Source: Centroscyllium fabricii (Eukaryota). Taken from it: a stretch of DNA of 64,000 nt. Positions within the stretch are counted from its first letter, which is position 1. Every line of letters starts with the position of its first letter. The translations under genes were made by a program, and so were the position numbers. The DNA lies in contig JBNRSN020000008.1 of assembly GCA_051313645.2 (NCBI GenBank), positions 50,468,001-50,532,000 of the forward strand. Direction: 5' to 3'. The notes under the pieces were generated by a model. The model was not told where the DNA came from. It saw nothing but the letters and a program-made list of their open reading frames with translations, and did no database searches. Shown here piece by piece: positions 12,173 to 25,570 of the stretch.

Positions 12173-14497
12173 TTTAAAATAAAACTGTTGGACTATAACC
12201 TGGTGTTGTGTGACTTCATGCACTTGTCCACCCCAGTCCAACACCGGCACCTCCACTTCATGGAATAGAGGGAAGATGCAGACATTGAGGTTAAGGAGAA
12301 GGGGTGTGAAATATTAGATGAGATAAACATAATGAGAGAGGATGTATTAAGGGGTTTAGCATCTTTGAAAGTCGATAAATCTCCAGGCCTGGATGAAATG
12401 TATCCCAGAATGTTAAGAGAAGTAAGGGAGGAATTGGCGGGGACTCTGACCATCATTTTCAAATCCTCTTTGGCTACAGGTGTGGTGTCAGAGAACTGGA
12501 GGACTGCTAAAGTTGTACAATTGTTTAAAAAGTGAGAAAGGGATAGACCATGAAATTACAGGACAGTCAGCCTAACCTAGGTGGGCAAATTATCAGAAAA
12601 CATTCTGAGGGACAGTATTAATCGTCATTTAGAAAGGCACAGATTAATCAAGGACAGTCAACATGGATTTGTTAAGGGAAAGTCATGTCTGACTACCTTG
12701 ATTACATTTTTTGAGGATGTAACAAGGATGTTCAATGATCATAGCGCATTTGATGTAGTCTACATGGATTTTAGTAAGACGTTTGACAAGATCTCACATG
12801 ACAGACTGATTAAAAAAGTAAAAGCCTGTGGGATTCAAGGGAAAGTCGGAAGTTGGATCCAAAATTGGCTCAGTAGCAGGAAGCAAAGAGTAATGGTCGA
12901 TGAGTGTTTTTGTGACTGGAATGCTGTTTCCAGTAGTGTTCCGCAGGGCTCGATACTAGATCCCTTGCTTTTTGTGCTATATATCAATGAGTTAGACTTC
13001 AATGTAGGGAACATGATTAAGAAGTTTGTAGATGATACAAAAAGTGACCGTGTGGTTGAGAGTGAGGAAGATAGCTGTAGACTGCAGGAATATATTATTG
13101 GACTGGTCAGGTGGACAGAAAAGTGGCAAATGCAATTCAATCCAGAGAAGTGTGAGGTAATTTATTTTGGGGAGGGCTAACAAGGCGATGGAATACACAA
13201 TAAATGTTAGGATACTGAGAAGCGTAGAGGAACAGAGAGACCTTGGAGTGCATGTCCACAGTTCCCCAAAGATAGCAGGACAAGATGATAAGGTGGTTAA
13301 GAAGACATACAGGATACTTGCCTTTATCAGGCAAGGCATAGAATATAAGAGCAGGGAGGTTATGCTTGAACTGTATAAAACACTAGTTAGGCCACAGCTG
13401 GAGTACTGCGTACAGTTCTGGTCACCACATTACAGGAAAGATGTGATTGCACTAGAGAGGGTTCAGAGGAGATTTACAAGGATGTTGCCAGATGTTGGAG
13501 CATTTTAGCTATGAGGAAAGATTGGATAGGCTGGGGCTGTTTTCTTTGGAACAGGGGAGGCTGAGGGGAGACTTATTTGAGGTGTATAAAATTATGAGGG
13601 GTCTAGATAGAGTGGATAGGAAGGATCTATTTCCCTCAGCAGAGAGATCAATAACCAGGGGGCATAAATTTAAAGTAATTGGTAGAAGGATTAGAGGGGA
13701 GTTGAGGAAAACATTTTCCACCCAGAGGGTGGTGGGGGTCTGGAACTCACTGCCTGAAAGGGTGGTAGAGGCAGAAACCCTCACCGCATTTAAAAAGTAC
13801 TTGGATATACACTTGAAGTGCCGTAACCTACAGGGCTACAGACCAAGAGCTGTAAAGTGGGATTAGGCTGGATAGCTCTTATTTGGCTGGCACTGACACG
13901 ATGGACCGAATGGCCTCCTTCTGTGCTGTAAATTTCTATGATTCTATGAATTCAGGGGATAATAATCAGGAAAATGCCTTCCCGCTCCCCTTAGGTGGTC
14001 GAAACTAGTCCAAGAGATAACTCTGGATCATATTAACTACTGTAATATTCATCCAGTTGCTCAGTAAAGGTTCCCCAACTTTGGGGAATTGAGGTTGTGC
14101 AGCAATCAATACTTATTTCTAAACCCAAGTCTCTTGAATGGTTGTTGCTTTTGTCATAGGTGGTAAGATCAAGCAAAACTTTATTCTATTGTGTTTTCTT
14201 CACCAACCTAATATTTGCACAATTTTTGAATTTACTCTCGAAGGTAAAATTGCACAATTTCGAGAGAAAACAGCCTTGCATTTACATAGTGCCTTTAACA
14301 TAGCAAAAAGCACCTCGAGGCACTTTTGCAGAGGTATGAGGAGAAAAGCAAAATAAACAAAGGTGAATGGCTGATTATTGGTTGTGAAACACAAAGGTAA
14401 AAATAGGAAGAGATAAGCTAATATTAAAAACAAGGAAAGAGAAAAGAACATGTTACAGTCAGATAATTATCATTGCAACGGATTGGTGCGTGCAAAG

Positions 14498-14658
14498 TGA
14501 TAAACTCCGGCACCTGCACACCTGATAATGTACTTTACTGTATGCAATTTGCATGTAATTTATTTGCACTACTCTCGGGAGCGTCGAGTCTTCGTCTCGT
14601 TGTATTGTACTAGTACTCTGCAATGACAATAAAACTTGAATTGAATTGAATTGAATTG
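14498..14658 (+). mobile_element. Rex1/Babar 3' UTR fragment
   Basis: Nearly identical to the other Rex1 3' ends; (AATTG)n tail. Confidence 0.85.
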
Positions 14659-15749
14659 TCATAGATGGCTCATGCGGACCTCAAACATGGGATCGGAAGC
14701 TCTGTTGGGCCGAATGGTCTGTTTCTGTGCTGTAAACAGCTGTACTATGTAATGCAAATTAACTTTTAACAGGAGCGTAATAATGTGACCAGCACGGTAC
14801 ATACAAACAATATTGCCATTTTGTGTTTATCTCTGCCTGTATTTATTTCTTGCTGTGGGAATTGCAATTCACAAGAATAGAAGTAGGAACATGTTTAAAC
14901 GGGAAGTATGAGGCAGTGGCTTATTATGGACTAAACAATGCAAAAATTTGATTCATTACAACAGACATTTAGGGTGGGGTGAAAAAGGAAAGAAAGGAAC
15001 TGGGTTTTAAGGAACATGAAAGAAGGACCGAAGTTTTATTTATACCTTTGCTTTTACCGAGATTTCTCTCCATTTGGTTAAGATGAGTTGAATTTAATAC
15101 AAATTGTACGCTGTGGGCCCATACCAAGTTAGTTATTTTGTTGGGAGACATTTTTTCAGGGCAGTCTGCTTTGTGCACTGGCTTTCTATGCCAGGTTGAA
15201 TACTGGTTCTCGGCTGTGCTTTCCTACACAGTGAACTCTCGCTTTCATGCAAGGCTATCTGGGAGGGGCCAAGCATTGGCTAGACACAAGCAGCTCGTTC
15301 AGAGTGGCATTAGCAAACCCTTGGCAAAAGGTTACTTTCTCACCCTTTCCGTCTGGAAATGGTGCGTGAGACACCTATGTAATCAGTGGACAATAAACTT
15401 GCAAAGAGAAAGTAAGCCGGTAATAAATGGGCTGCCTATTACACACATAGAGCTTGAATTTTGTCTGAAATCAGCATGAGATTTTATCAGCTGTTTGCAC
15501 CAGCCTGATCCCAATCTCTCACTTCACAGCCCCAAACAATTCTGAGATCAAACACTGCGGGGTTTTGCTCCAAAATCTGATCCAAGTGAATAACCTCAGG
15601 CCATTTATACATGAACTGCCATGGAATAGGCTGGCGGGAAGAGAAGTGGGGAGGAGGTTTGAAAAAGTAACTGTTAGCAGTACCAGACAGCATAGAAAAA
15701 TATTTTAAAGTGACTGCTTATTGGTGACAGATAAATTAATTTAGTACTA

Positions 15750-16723
15750 ATTTTCTCATTTGGTGGCAGAGCTTTCACCCATTAATGTCCCACATGCTGC
15801 AACTCACTCCCTACAACTCGCCACCCTTGCTACCTCTCTCCCTGCCTTTTGGTCAGCTCCTCTGATTCTCCTACTGCTGCTCGGTCCACTTTCTCCTCCC
15901 CGAAATGTGAAACAATGGGGGGAAGTTTCCCGTAGGTGCGGGAAGCTGGCGGGGATTGGTCTGGTCGGGTTTCTGTCCTGCCCACCCAAGGGCCTGGAAA
16001 CCCGACTCAATTTTCCTTAAATTAATCAATTAAATCCCCGCGTGCGGGGAGCCCCTGGTAATTGCCTCAATCGAGTCGGCAATCAGGGATTCCAGCGGGG
16101 ATCGAGCAGCTTGACAGACAGTTCCAGGGACTGTTTGTTGACAGCTCCCATGGATACACTCCACTGTGACATCACAGTGGAGTGCAACCAATCGGAGAGG
16201 CCAAGTGCTCTGAGTGACAGGTCGATGGGCGGGCTGCAAATCTTTGACAGCTTGGGAGCGTCTGTCAATGCAGCTGTCAGTGGAGCTGTCAAGGTAAGAT
16301 TTTTTTTTTTTTCCCACAGCTGGTCTTCACCCAAGGGAGTCACTTACACCTCCAGGGTATTGAAGGCCTGGAAAGCATTCTGCTCTAGGTCCTTCAATAC
16401 ATTGAAGGAGAAAGTGACCAAGGCCACTGTGCTCCCACTGGGTTTCACCAGCGGGGTTTCAGGATGGTGGGGTTTGGGTGGGAAGGGGTGGAAAATAGGT
16501 GAGGGCCCTTAAAATGGCATTATGTAGACCGATTAAGTGCCCTCAATTACTTTAATGAGCATCCTCATCAGCGGTGGGCGGGAAAGTTTCGGGACGGCGG
16601 GACACGGGCCCGAAACTTACAAGCCGGCAGCGATCCAGCGGGGGGATCACGACCCCCCGGGTTCCGTGATTTTAGGCCCCACCCCGCCAGATCTCCACCC
16701 TCACGGACCGAGGAAAATCCCGC
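15750..16723. mobile_element. GC-rich non-autonomous DNA element (Harbinger-like; left end uncertain)
   Basis: Ends GGAAAATCCCGCC; shares TGACAGC motifs and subterminal sequence with 8674-9444 and 23916-24753. Confidence 0.5.
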
Positions 16724-17548
16724 CAATGTTTTATTACACTAAGGTGCTGTGCAAATGTAAATTTGCGTTTTATTGCAACTTAACTTTTACTGAAAGAAAC
16801 GATTTCCTTATTTCATTTCAGCTCCTTTTCTATTGAAGTTCATAATTAATTTCTAGTTACAGCTACATGTCCAGCTCTGTGCGCCTGCACTCTCCTGGTT
16901 CCACTCTTACGTATGCAGTCGTAGCTAGAGAATCTCCTGAAATGGCATCACTCCCCTCCACTGCATGGTTACACAGAAACACAGAAACACAGAAGATAGG
17001 GTTACCTCTGGAGACCCCCAAGGATCTATTCTTGGCCACACATGTTGCCCCTAGACGACATCATCCAAAGACATGACGCCAGGTTCCACATGTATGTTGA
17101 TAATAGCCAGCTCTACCTCACCACCCCCTCTCTCGACTCCTCCACTGTTTTTGTGCTGTCAGGTTGCTTCTCCGACATTTCCTCCAAGTAAACATTGGGA
17201 AGACTGAAGCTATTGTCTTCGGTCCCCGCCACAAACTCCATTCCTTTGCCACCGATCCCGTCCTCCTCCTTGGCCACTTTCTCAGCTTGACCCAGACAGT
17301 TGCAACCTCGGTGTTCTATTTGAGCTTCTCCAACACAAAGGCCCCTTACTTCCACCTCGGCAACATTGCCGTCTCTGCCCCTGCTTCAGCTTATCTGTTG
17401 CTGAAACCTTCATCTTTGCTTTTGTTGCCTCCAGACTCAACTATTCCAATGCTCTCCTGGCCACCCTCCCATTTCCACCCTCCATAAACCTGAGCTCATC
17501 CAAAACTCCACTGCTTATATCCTAACCCACACTGTCATGTTCACCCAT

Positions 17549-17971
17549 AAGGACATAAGAACATAAGAAGTAGGAGCAGGAGTAGGCCATACAGCCCTTC
17601 GGGCCTGCTCCGCCATTCAATAGGATCATGGCTGATCCGAACTTAGACTCACGCCCGCTCCCCGTAACCCCTTATTCCCTTATCAGCTAGGAAACTGTCT
17701 ATCTCCGTTTTAAATTTATTTAATGTCGCAGCTTCCACAGCTTCCCAAGGTAGCAAATTCCATAGATTTACTACCCTCTGAGTGAAGAAGTTTCTCCTCA
17801 TCTCAGTTTTGAAAGGGCAGCCCCTTATTTTAAGATTATGCCCCCTAGTTCTAGTCTCACCCATCAGTGGAAACATCCTCACCGCATCCACCTGATCAAG
17901 CCCCCTCACAATCTTATATGTTTCGATAAGATCGCCTCTTATTCTTCTGAATTCCAATGAGTAGAGGCCCA
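17549..17971 (-). mobile_element. CR1 3' fragment
   Basis: GLYSLEFRRIRGDLIETYK..; (TTCTTATG) tail. Confidence 0.9.
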
Positions 17972-18651
17972 ACCATCGCCCTTGTGCTCGCTGACCTACA
18001 TTGGCTCTTAGTCCAAGGAGGCCTTGAATTTAAAATTCTCATTATTGTTTTCAAATCCCTTGGTGGTCTTGCCCTCCCTATCTCTGCAACCTCCTCCAGC
18101 CCTACAACCCTCCATGAACTCTGTGTTCCTCCAACTTTGGCCCCTTGCGCATCCCTGATTTCCTTTGCTCCATCATTGGCAGCCGTGCCTTCAGCTGTCT
18201 AGGCTTTAAGCTCTCAGAGTGTTCCCTCCTTAAACCTCTTTGCCATTCCACCTCACTTTCCTCTTTTAAGACAATCCTTAAAACCTATCTCTTTGACCAA
18301 GCTTTTGATCAACCACCCTCATATCTCCTTCTTTGGCTCAGCATCAATTTTTCTCTGATTACACTCCTGTGAAGTGCTTTGGGATGCTTTCCTCTGCCCT
18401 CTTGAGGATACCTGATTATAGCCGCTCACTCTTTGGTGGATGTGCCTTCTGTTGCCCAGGCCCTAAGCTCTGGAATTCCCTGCCTAAGCCTCTCTGCCTC
18501 ACTACCTCTCTTTCCTCCTTTAAAACACTCCAAAATACCTACCTCTTTGACCAAGCTTTTGGTCACCTGTCCTAATTTATCCTTATGTGGATTGGTGTCA
18601 AATTTCTTGTCTTAAAATACTCCTGTGCAGCGCCTTGGGACGTTTTACTAT

Positions 18652-19057
18652 TGATGCCTAATCAATAACTTCAGAATGCGGAGGTGCCGGTGTTGGACTG
18701 GGGTGGACAAATGCAAAAAGTCACACAACACCAGGTTTAAAGTCCAACGTTTTATTTTAAATCACAAGCTTTCGGAGCTTTTGCCCCTTCGTCAGGTGAA
18801 AGAGAAACTTCAGAGACTAGAAGTTGAGGAGTGAACTAAAGGCTTTTATTCACTAAGACATGAGCATGCCCATGCTAGTCGACTGATCCGAGAATGATTG
18901 GGGGAGGGAGACAGTCACCTTTATACCTGGGTCCGAGGAGGAGGAGCCGCAGGCGGGGTCAGCACGGGTTGCCCGGACAAGCTATACATGAAAGGCTATG
19001 TACATTACACACACAATGCATACGGTTACAAACATATATATACAGTGGTTTACCACA
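18652..19057 (-). mobile_element. Solo LTR containing a 130-bp PLE end (18676-18805, hammerhead at 18762-18799)
   Basis: TG..CA ends; 5-bp TSD ACTAT within the L2 tail; PLE TSD AACTTCAGA. Confidence 0.8.
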
Positions 19058-19634
19058 ACTATGTTAAAGGCGCTTTATAAATACAAGTTGTTGTTGTTAA
19101 AGGCGTTATATATATGCAATTTGTTGCTGTTGTGCAGTTCCATGCTGGCACTGTCAGCCTTCCTTTTGTCATGTGTAAGCGCAGTCAGTGATTTTCAGCA
19201 GATTATTCAACCATGAGAATGCCACAGCTAAACTTGATCTTGTCTCCGTCTGACTTCCACGTAACATTACTTTGAGCAGGGGCCACTGGCCAATGATCAG
19301 AAGCACAAACCTGGCTAAATTCCATCCCTTGTCCCCAGAATGGGCAGAGTGGGCAAATTGAGGCCAACTGTAGTACTTGCTCTGCCATCTTGATGAGATC
19401 ATCAATCTCAGAACAGACCAGGGATTAAACCGAAGATTTTCCAGTTCTGTACATTTCAGAGCCACAGCTCATGGTGCTTTCACCAACTGCGTTCTCGGGA
19501 AGTACAGAAACGATTAAATTTGAGTATCCTTGATACTTCCTCTGCTGCAATTCTGATATAAAATAGGTTATTTTACTGACTAACAATAAGAATTTAAGTA
19601 TGCATTCTACAGAAAGGAAGACTTGCTTTTTTTT

Positions 19635-20100
19635 AATACATTGATGGGATCTGGGCATCGCTGGCTGGCTAGGCCTGCATTTAGTGCCCATCCCTAATTG
19701 CCCTTGAGAAGATGGTGGTGAGCCACCTTCTTGAACCGCTGCAGTCCATATGGTGTAGGTACACCCACGATGTTGTTAGGAAGGGAGTTCCAGAATTTTG
19801 GCCCAGTGACAGTGAAGGAGCGGCGATACAGGTCCAAGTCAGGATGGTGTGTGGCTTGGAGGGGAACTTGTAGGTGGTGCTGTTCCCATGCGTCTGCTGC
19901 CCTTGTCCTTCTAAGTGGTAGAGGTCGCGGGTTTGGAAGGTGCTGTTGAAGGACCTTTGGCGAGTTGCTGCAGTGCATCTTGTGAATGGTACACACTGCA
20001 GCCACAGTGCGCCGGTGGTGGAGGGAGTAAATGTTGAAGGTGGTGGATGGAGTGCCAATCAAGCGGCCTGCTTTATCCTGAATAGTGTCAAACTTCTTGA
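19635..20100 (-). mobile_element. CR1/L2-group LINE 3' fragment (a different family)
   Basis: SLHHRRTVAAVCTIHKMH...RSF..FWNSLP; A-rich tail. Confidence 0.7.
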
Positions 20101-20104
20101 TATT

Positions 20105-20420
20105 TATATATTTATTAGCGCCTTTCACGACCACTGGACATCTCAAAGCACTTTACAGCCAATGACGTACTTTTGAAGTGCATTTACTGTTGTAATTTGG
20201 GAAACGCCACAGCCAATTTGTGCACAGCAAGCTCCCACAAACAGCAATGTGATAATGACTAGATAATCTGTTTTTGTTATGTTGGTTGAGAGAGAAATAT
20301 TGGCCAGGACACCGGGGATATCTCCCCTGCTCTTCTTCAAAATAGTGCCACGGGATCATTTACGTCCACCTGAGAGAGCAGGCGGGGCATCGGTTTAATG
20401 TCTCATCTGAAAGACATTAA
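20105..20420 (-). mobile_element. DeuSINE (SacSINE1-like) fragment
   Basis: Colinear with 5312-5600. Confidence 0.8.
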
Positions 20421-21892
20421 ACCAAGGCTATATATGAACAAGAAACCATTATATTCTTAGTAATCAAATGGTTAAGATGGCATGGTGAGCAATATCTACC
20501 GTACCACCACTGGTAACTGAATAAAATAATGATTGAACACGATATTTTCAACATATTGTAAACTGGAGATTTTGTATCTCATTGGCTTTGTTCATGTTGA
20601 GCAGCTAAGTCTTGGAGTTCTGGTGAAGCTAAAGGCCCCCATAATGAAACTTGTCGGCGGCTGGGATAGACAAGATTAATATTGGGGGCGTGGAGGGAAG
20701 GGAAATTGGCCCAGCAATATGTAAAGTCAGGGCAGTTAAAAAGCAGAAATGGACCATGATGGGCTTCGAAACTTAAATTTTCAGCTCCACAGCCCCACAG
20801 AATCGAATTAAGGCTGAAAGCTCTGAAGCTTCATTACACCTCTGATTACATTTTATTGACTGTCATGTGCCAGCCCGTGTAGTATGGCGTGAGTTACAAA
20901 AGTATGACAATCAGTGAATTTGACTCATGTACTTGGTAGTTTATTATGCGCTCTGTTCTCTTTCTACCTGCTATTAATTTTATTTTTATAAGCCCGTGTA
21001 ATTTCATAACTGGCACATTGAGCATGATAATGTGAGGCAGAGATGATGGCAGGACCTAAACAGAAAATTAAATATTGGTGCCAAAGAAAATAATTTCCCT
21101 TTATACTGTCTTACGCTGTATTTTGACTGATTAAGAATGTTCAGATATTCAATAATTGAAAGTTTACTATTTGGTTATTAGACAAATTATTTAATACAGT
21201 TAGTGGGTGTAGTTTATGACAAACTAATTCGAATGGATAACAACATAGGTCTGCTCTACACCACTCCAACCAAAACGCACAAATATATTCGTTGACAGGA
21301 GCCCTAAAAGAGAAAAGATGGGTGGAAATACAATATTCTTTATCATGAAATAGCCTCACAGTAATGAAGGTTGTCAGAGGAGCCTTTTTTGATTAATTTA
21401 GCCCTTTCTCCTCATAATCCTGTCATGTGCATCCAGGAGACACCAGTATTGACATTACTTCATGTTCAGTTACAGTGGGAACAGGTACGACTAAATGCTT
21501 TCTGGTTCCTCTGAATACAGTATCATTTGTCTTCTACTGTGCTGCCTGCCTTTACTGCACGACAGCACACAATGACAGTAATCTGCAGTGATCTGCACCC
21601 ACTGTCAGCCCTGCCGCCACAAATGGCAATTGATTATTATGTTGTAGTTTTATTGACTGGTCTTTTTTTTCATAAAGAGCAGCTTAAACTCCTTTAAAGA
21701 GACAAGCCTAGATTTTTCTAATTGACATTATTTTAACGCCAGCGTTAACCTGTTTGAAATAAATGAACGCCAATGAGGAAATCTTAGCTACAGTCCCTAT
21801 TGCATTGGCCTGAAAAGGCTACATTATTTTTCAATGTAAAAGAAAAACAAAGGCAATTTCTTCATTTAGCTTACCGCCGCTTAAAAATACAT

Positions 21893-22468
21893 TCAATTCA
21901 ATTCAATTCAAGTTTTATTGTCATTGCAGAGTACTAGTACAATACAACGAGACGAAGACTCGACTCTCCCGAGAGTAGTGCAAATAAATTACATGCAAAT
22001 TGCATACAGTAAAGGACATTATCAGGCGTGCAGGTACCGGAGTTTATTTTTAGAGTTCAGGAGGCTGACAGCCCTGGGGAAGAAGCTGTTCTGAAATCTA
22101 GTCGTGTGGGTGCGAATTGCTCTGTAGCATCTCCCGGAGGGCAGGGGGGCGAACAGACTGTGGCTGGGGTGTGTGGGGTCTTTAATAATGTTCAGAGACC
22201 TCCGTAAGCAGCGTTTGAGGTAGATGCTTTCCATTGACGGTAGCTGTGTACTGGTGATTCGTTGGGCAGTTTTGACTACCCGCTGCAGGGTTTTCCGGTC
22301 CGAGATAGTGCAATTCCCATACCAGACAGTGATGCAGCTTGTCAGTATGCTTTCTATTGTGCAGCGGTAGAAGTTGGAGAGGATGCCGGATGACAGCCTG
22401 GCTTTCTTCAGCTTCCTTAGGAAGTACAGGCGCTGTTGGGCCTTCTTAACCAGAGAGGAGGTGTTTAT
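21893..22468 (-). mobile_element. Rex1/Babar fragment
   Basis: NTSSLVKKAQQRLYFLRK...; (CAATT)n at the left end. Confidence 0.9.
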
Positions 22469-23915
22469 TCGGAACATAAAGGATTGTTGGTTATAAATCA
22501 GAATATTGGTTAAAACCAACCAAAATGGCAACTTTAAAAAATAGTATTGTACAGCTTTTAAAACAACATGGGGGGAGAAATTTGTCTTGCAATGTCAGCA
22601 GAGCGACTGATCCATGAGCCAGACCGTGCCTCCTGAGGCCCGGCTAAATTTGTTTTTGGTATTTATTTAAATGCTGCTGGCAAGTTGCGGGCATCAAACT
22701 GGCACTCCACTGTAGCTCACTGGTCGGGTCGGCTCTGGGGGAGGGGGAAATGGATAGCAATTCCAGGGAGGGCAGTGAAGTGGAGTTCTTTTTAAGGAGC
22801 ATTCCTGCTTTTCCTGAGCAGGCACGACTAAAAGCTTAAAATTTTGCTGGGCCTTATATTGAGCAGCCTCCAGCGGCCCCTTTGAGGATCGCTAATTGGT
22901 CTGCTCATCAGCTAGTGCAACTAGACAGACTGTGTGCAACATGTGCTCCGCCCATTTGTACCTGAATTTAGCATTTGTGGTCGTAGATCTAGAATAGGAA
23001 CCCGATTTACATATTTAAGGAGCATAATGCCTGTTTTAGGTGGGCGCCCTGGACAACTAAAAGTTGCCCAAAGGCAATACGGAGTCACGGCTGCACTTCC
23101 AGTGCAGTTTGGGTTTGGCAGATCACAATGTGAAATTCAAAGATCTAATGGCAATTTTGAACCAGAAACACAGGTTGAATTTCTCCTCCAGTGAATTGAA
23201 TTTAAAACAATATCCATGTTGCCTTTCTGTTGTCAATACCAATAGCTGGGTATCATCAGATGGTCTTGGTATGGTATCCCACAGAGGTAGTATGTGACAG
23301 GTACACCCTGTATTGCATAAAATAATGTATTCAACCTTTGAACATTTTAGCGTTAAGATAAATAAAAATATCTTCATAAAAACTGATGGATAGGATGGAG
23401 TAATCAGCAGGACATGTACATAAGTGTAGAGTTTATAAACCATAAAAGCTAGCCTTGAGCAGTTCATAAAGTTTCTGAACTCACATCATTTATGTTGGCG
23501 GTCATACATGTGTTATATTTGCAAAAGATGTTTTTCTTTAATATATTTCCCCGCACCCCCCCTTTCTTTTCTCTACCAGCTCTGGTCTGCTCTACACAAT
23601 GCCTCTCCCTTCCTCCACTCCACCATCAGTGACAGGACCTTCAGCCACCACCCCCTCCACTCTGGAATTTTCTTTCTAACCTCTTCACCTTACTATCTCT
23701 CTCATCACCTTCCAAAAAGTTTTCAAAACCTACCTCCTTGACTGTGCCTTTAGTCACCTCCCCTAACCTCTCTCATTGTTCATGTTCAGTATCCGGTGCA
23801 TTGTAAATCATACGCAGATTCTTTGAAAGCTAAAATTGTTAGATGTAAGTTGTTATCGTCAGTCTCCCTATGTTGCATACCAGACCTAACTGGAAGAATA
23901 AACGAGTGACATCTA

Positions 23916-24753
23916 GGGGGTCAATTTTCATCAAGCCGTGAGGCGGGTTTTCCGGCAAGGCGCAAGATAACAAAACCGGGCGGTCCCAACCCCCCCGCCC
24001 CCCACCGGATCCCCGCCCGTTTGTGATTTCCCACCGCCGTGTCTGCCCGCCCCGAATCTTTCCCGCCCGCAACCGACGGGAATGGTCACTAGGCTCCTTA
24101 AACACCTTTAATTGGCATGTGTAATGCCATTTTAAGGGGCCCTTGCTATTTTCAGGCATTCCCCACCCACAACCCGCCAGCTTGAAACCCCACCGGTGAA
24201 ACCTGGCGAGGACACAATCAGCTTGCTGAGCATCAGCTGCAAGTCAAAGGATGACATGCAATCAGCTGTACCAGAAGTCGGCCCTGGGCAGCAGCCTGCA
24301 GGAGGGCTAACTGTATCCCCAGGGTGTGCAATTTCAGTGAGAATATAGCTTTTCAGTAATTCACCTTGTAGCTCTTTTTGCTGTCAGTGAGAGAGCTGTG
24401 CTCCGCCTCTCATTGAAACTGACCAGCAGCTGTCAGTGAGAGAGCTGTGCTCTGCCTCTCATTGAAACTGACCAGCAGCTGTCAGTGAGAGAGCTGTGCT
24501 GTGCCTCTCATTGAAACTGACCAGCAGCTGTCAATCAAAGGGCTCTCCAGCACTTCACATTGAAACAGCAGCCGGCACCCCGCCAACTTTCAGACTGGAA
24601 ATAGTCAATTGGCAAGGGTTCCCACATGCGGGGAATCAATTGGACAATTGAGCCAAAATTGTGTGAGGCTCCCAGGCCCTTTAGTATTCATGTGGGAAAC
24701 CTGACCCGCCGGAAACCCGGCAATTCCCCACATCCGAGGGAAAATTTACCCCC
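23916..24753. mobile_element. PIF/Harbinger-like non-autonomous element
   Basis: TIR GGGGGTCAATTTTC / GAAAATTTACCCCC; 3-bp TSD CTA or TAG depending on end placement. Confidence 0.75.
24380..24533 (+). repeat. 49-bp tandem repeat, about 3.1 copies, inside the MITE
   Basis: GCTGTCAGTGAGAGAGCTGTGCT.YGCCTCTCATTGAAACTGACCAGCA starting at 24380, 24429 and 24478. Confidence 0.95.
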
Positions 24754-25570
24754 TAGTCTCTTGCCTCCGCCAATGCCACTTTGTAGCTGATCTGCAAAGA
24801 AGTATATAATTATGGTTTGGGTCACTAATACGAGCACTCTTTCTGTAAAGAGCACCTGCCTTCTGCTCAGCACCTCCCCTAACAGCTCGACCAAGGATGT
24901 AAAGCCATCTGATGAATCAAAGGATATAAATCTACATTGGACCACATTTGTTGCAGTGCTTTAGATGGAGCTTCAATTTACTGAGCTGCTGTGACACCTG
25001 TAAAGGATTTATACTTTATGACTGAGGATTTTCAAAAATTGGCTCATTTCAAAAATGGGTTCCTGAAGGTTATCACCTCCTTGGCTTTGGATAGGTTTTA
25101 TGATGCAAATGACTGCAGTTATTATGTATTCTGCATGTTTGTCTGGGCATATCACCTCACACTTTTGCAGTCATGTTTAAGCATTAGCGTTGGGTGACAC
25201 TTTGATCTGCTGGTGCATTGAATTTGATTCAGTTTCTGGCCAAGCTGCTGACCTGGATGTCATATTTTTGGCAGTGCTGCCCCCTTAACAGGAGGAGGGC
25301 TGCCAAGCTCCTGTTGAAAGAAGATTTCTCTGAGCTCTTGCCTATTATGGATTCTTCTCCCAGCAATCTTTTTACTTCGGCACTTAAAGTCTACATTTGC
25401 CATTTTCTCTTCCAATTGTCTTCTCTTTCCTTTTCTTCCAAAGCCAGCGAGTCCATGATCGGGATCAGCTGACTGAATACTGACTGAAGAGTAAATCTGG
25501 GATTTTTATGGTTAATGGAGCTAAGCTGCACCCTGGCTAAACAAACTGAGAACATTGGGGCAAACCCGAA

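Larger units (their letters stand above)
9471..12256 (+). mobile_element. Penelope-like element family 1, near full length, with inverted 5' pseudo-LTR
   Basis: 9471-9715 is inverted to about 11977-12222; TSD CTTCATGGAATAG; hammerheads at 9519-9556 (-) and 12136-12172 (+). Confidence 0.93.
8581..13948 (+). mobile_element. CR1 LINE (RT to tail), interrupted by a MITE and a Penelope element
   Basis: VLNKYF|VSVF reading frame resumes; KSPGLDEMYPR, SQHGFVKGKSC, VPQGS, RPQLEYCVQFWSP; (ATTCTATG) tail. Confidence 0.9.
17000..19100 (+). mobile_element. L2 LINE fragments (two tails) with nested CR1, solo LTR and PLE
   Basis: NIGKTEAIVFG, LADLHWL, LWNSLPK, FKTLLKTYLF-like motifs; (GTT)n-type tail. 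Confidence 0.8.

Noticed and set aside
15138-15479. 113-aa ORF and other short ORFs in unique DNA (24688, 33418, 42544)
   Set aside because: No recognisable domains or convincing exon structure.
24380-24533. CRISPR-like regular repeats
   Set aside because: Head-to-tail 49-bp units with no unique spacers, inside a eukaryotic MITE.
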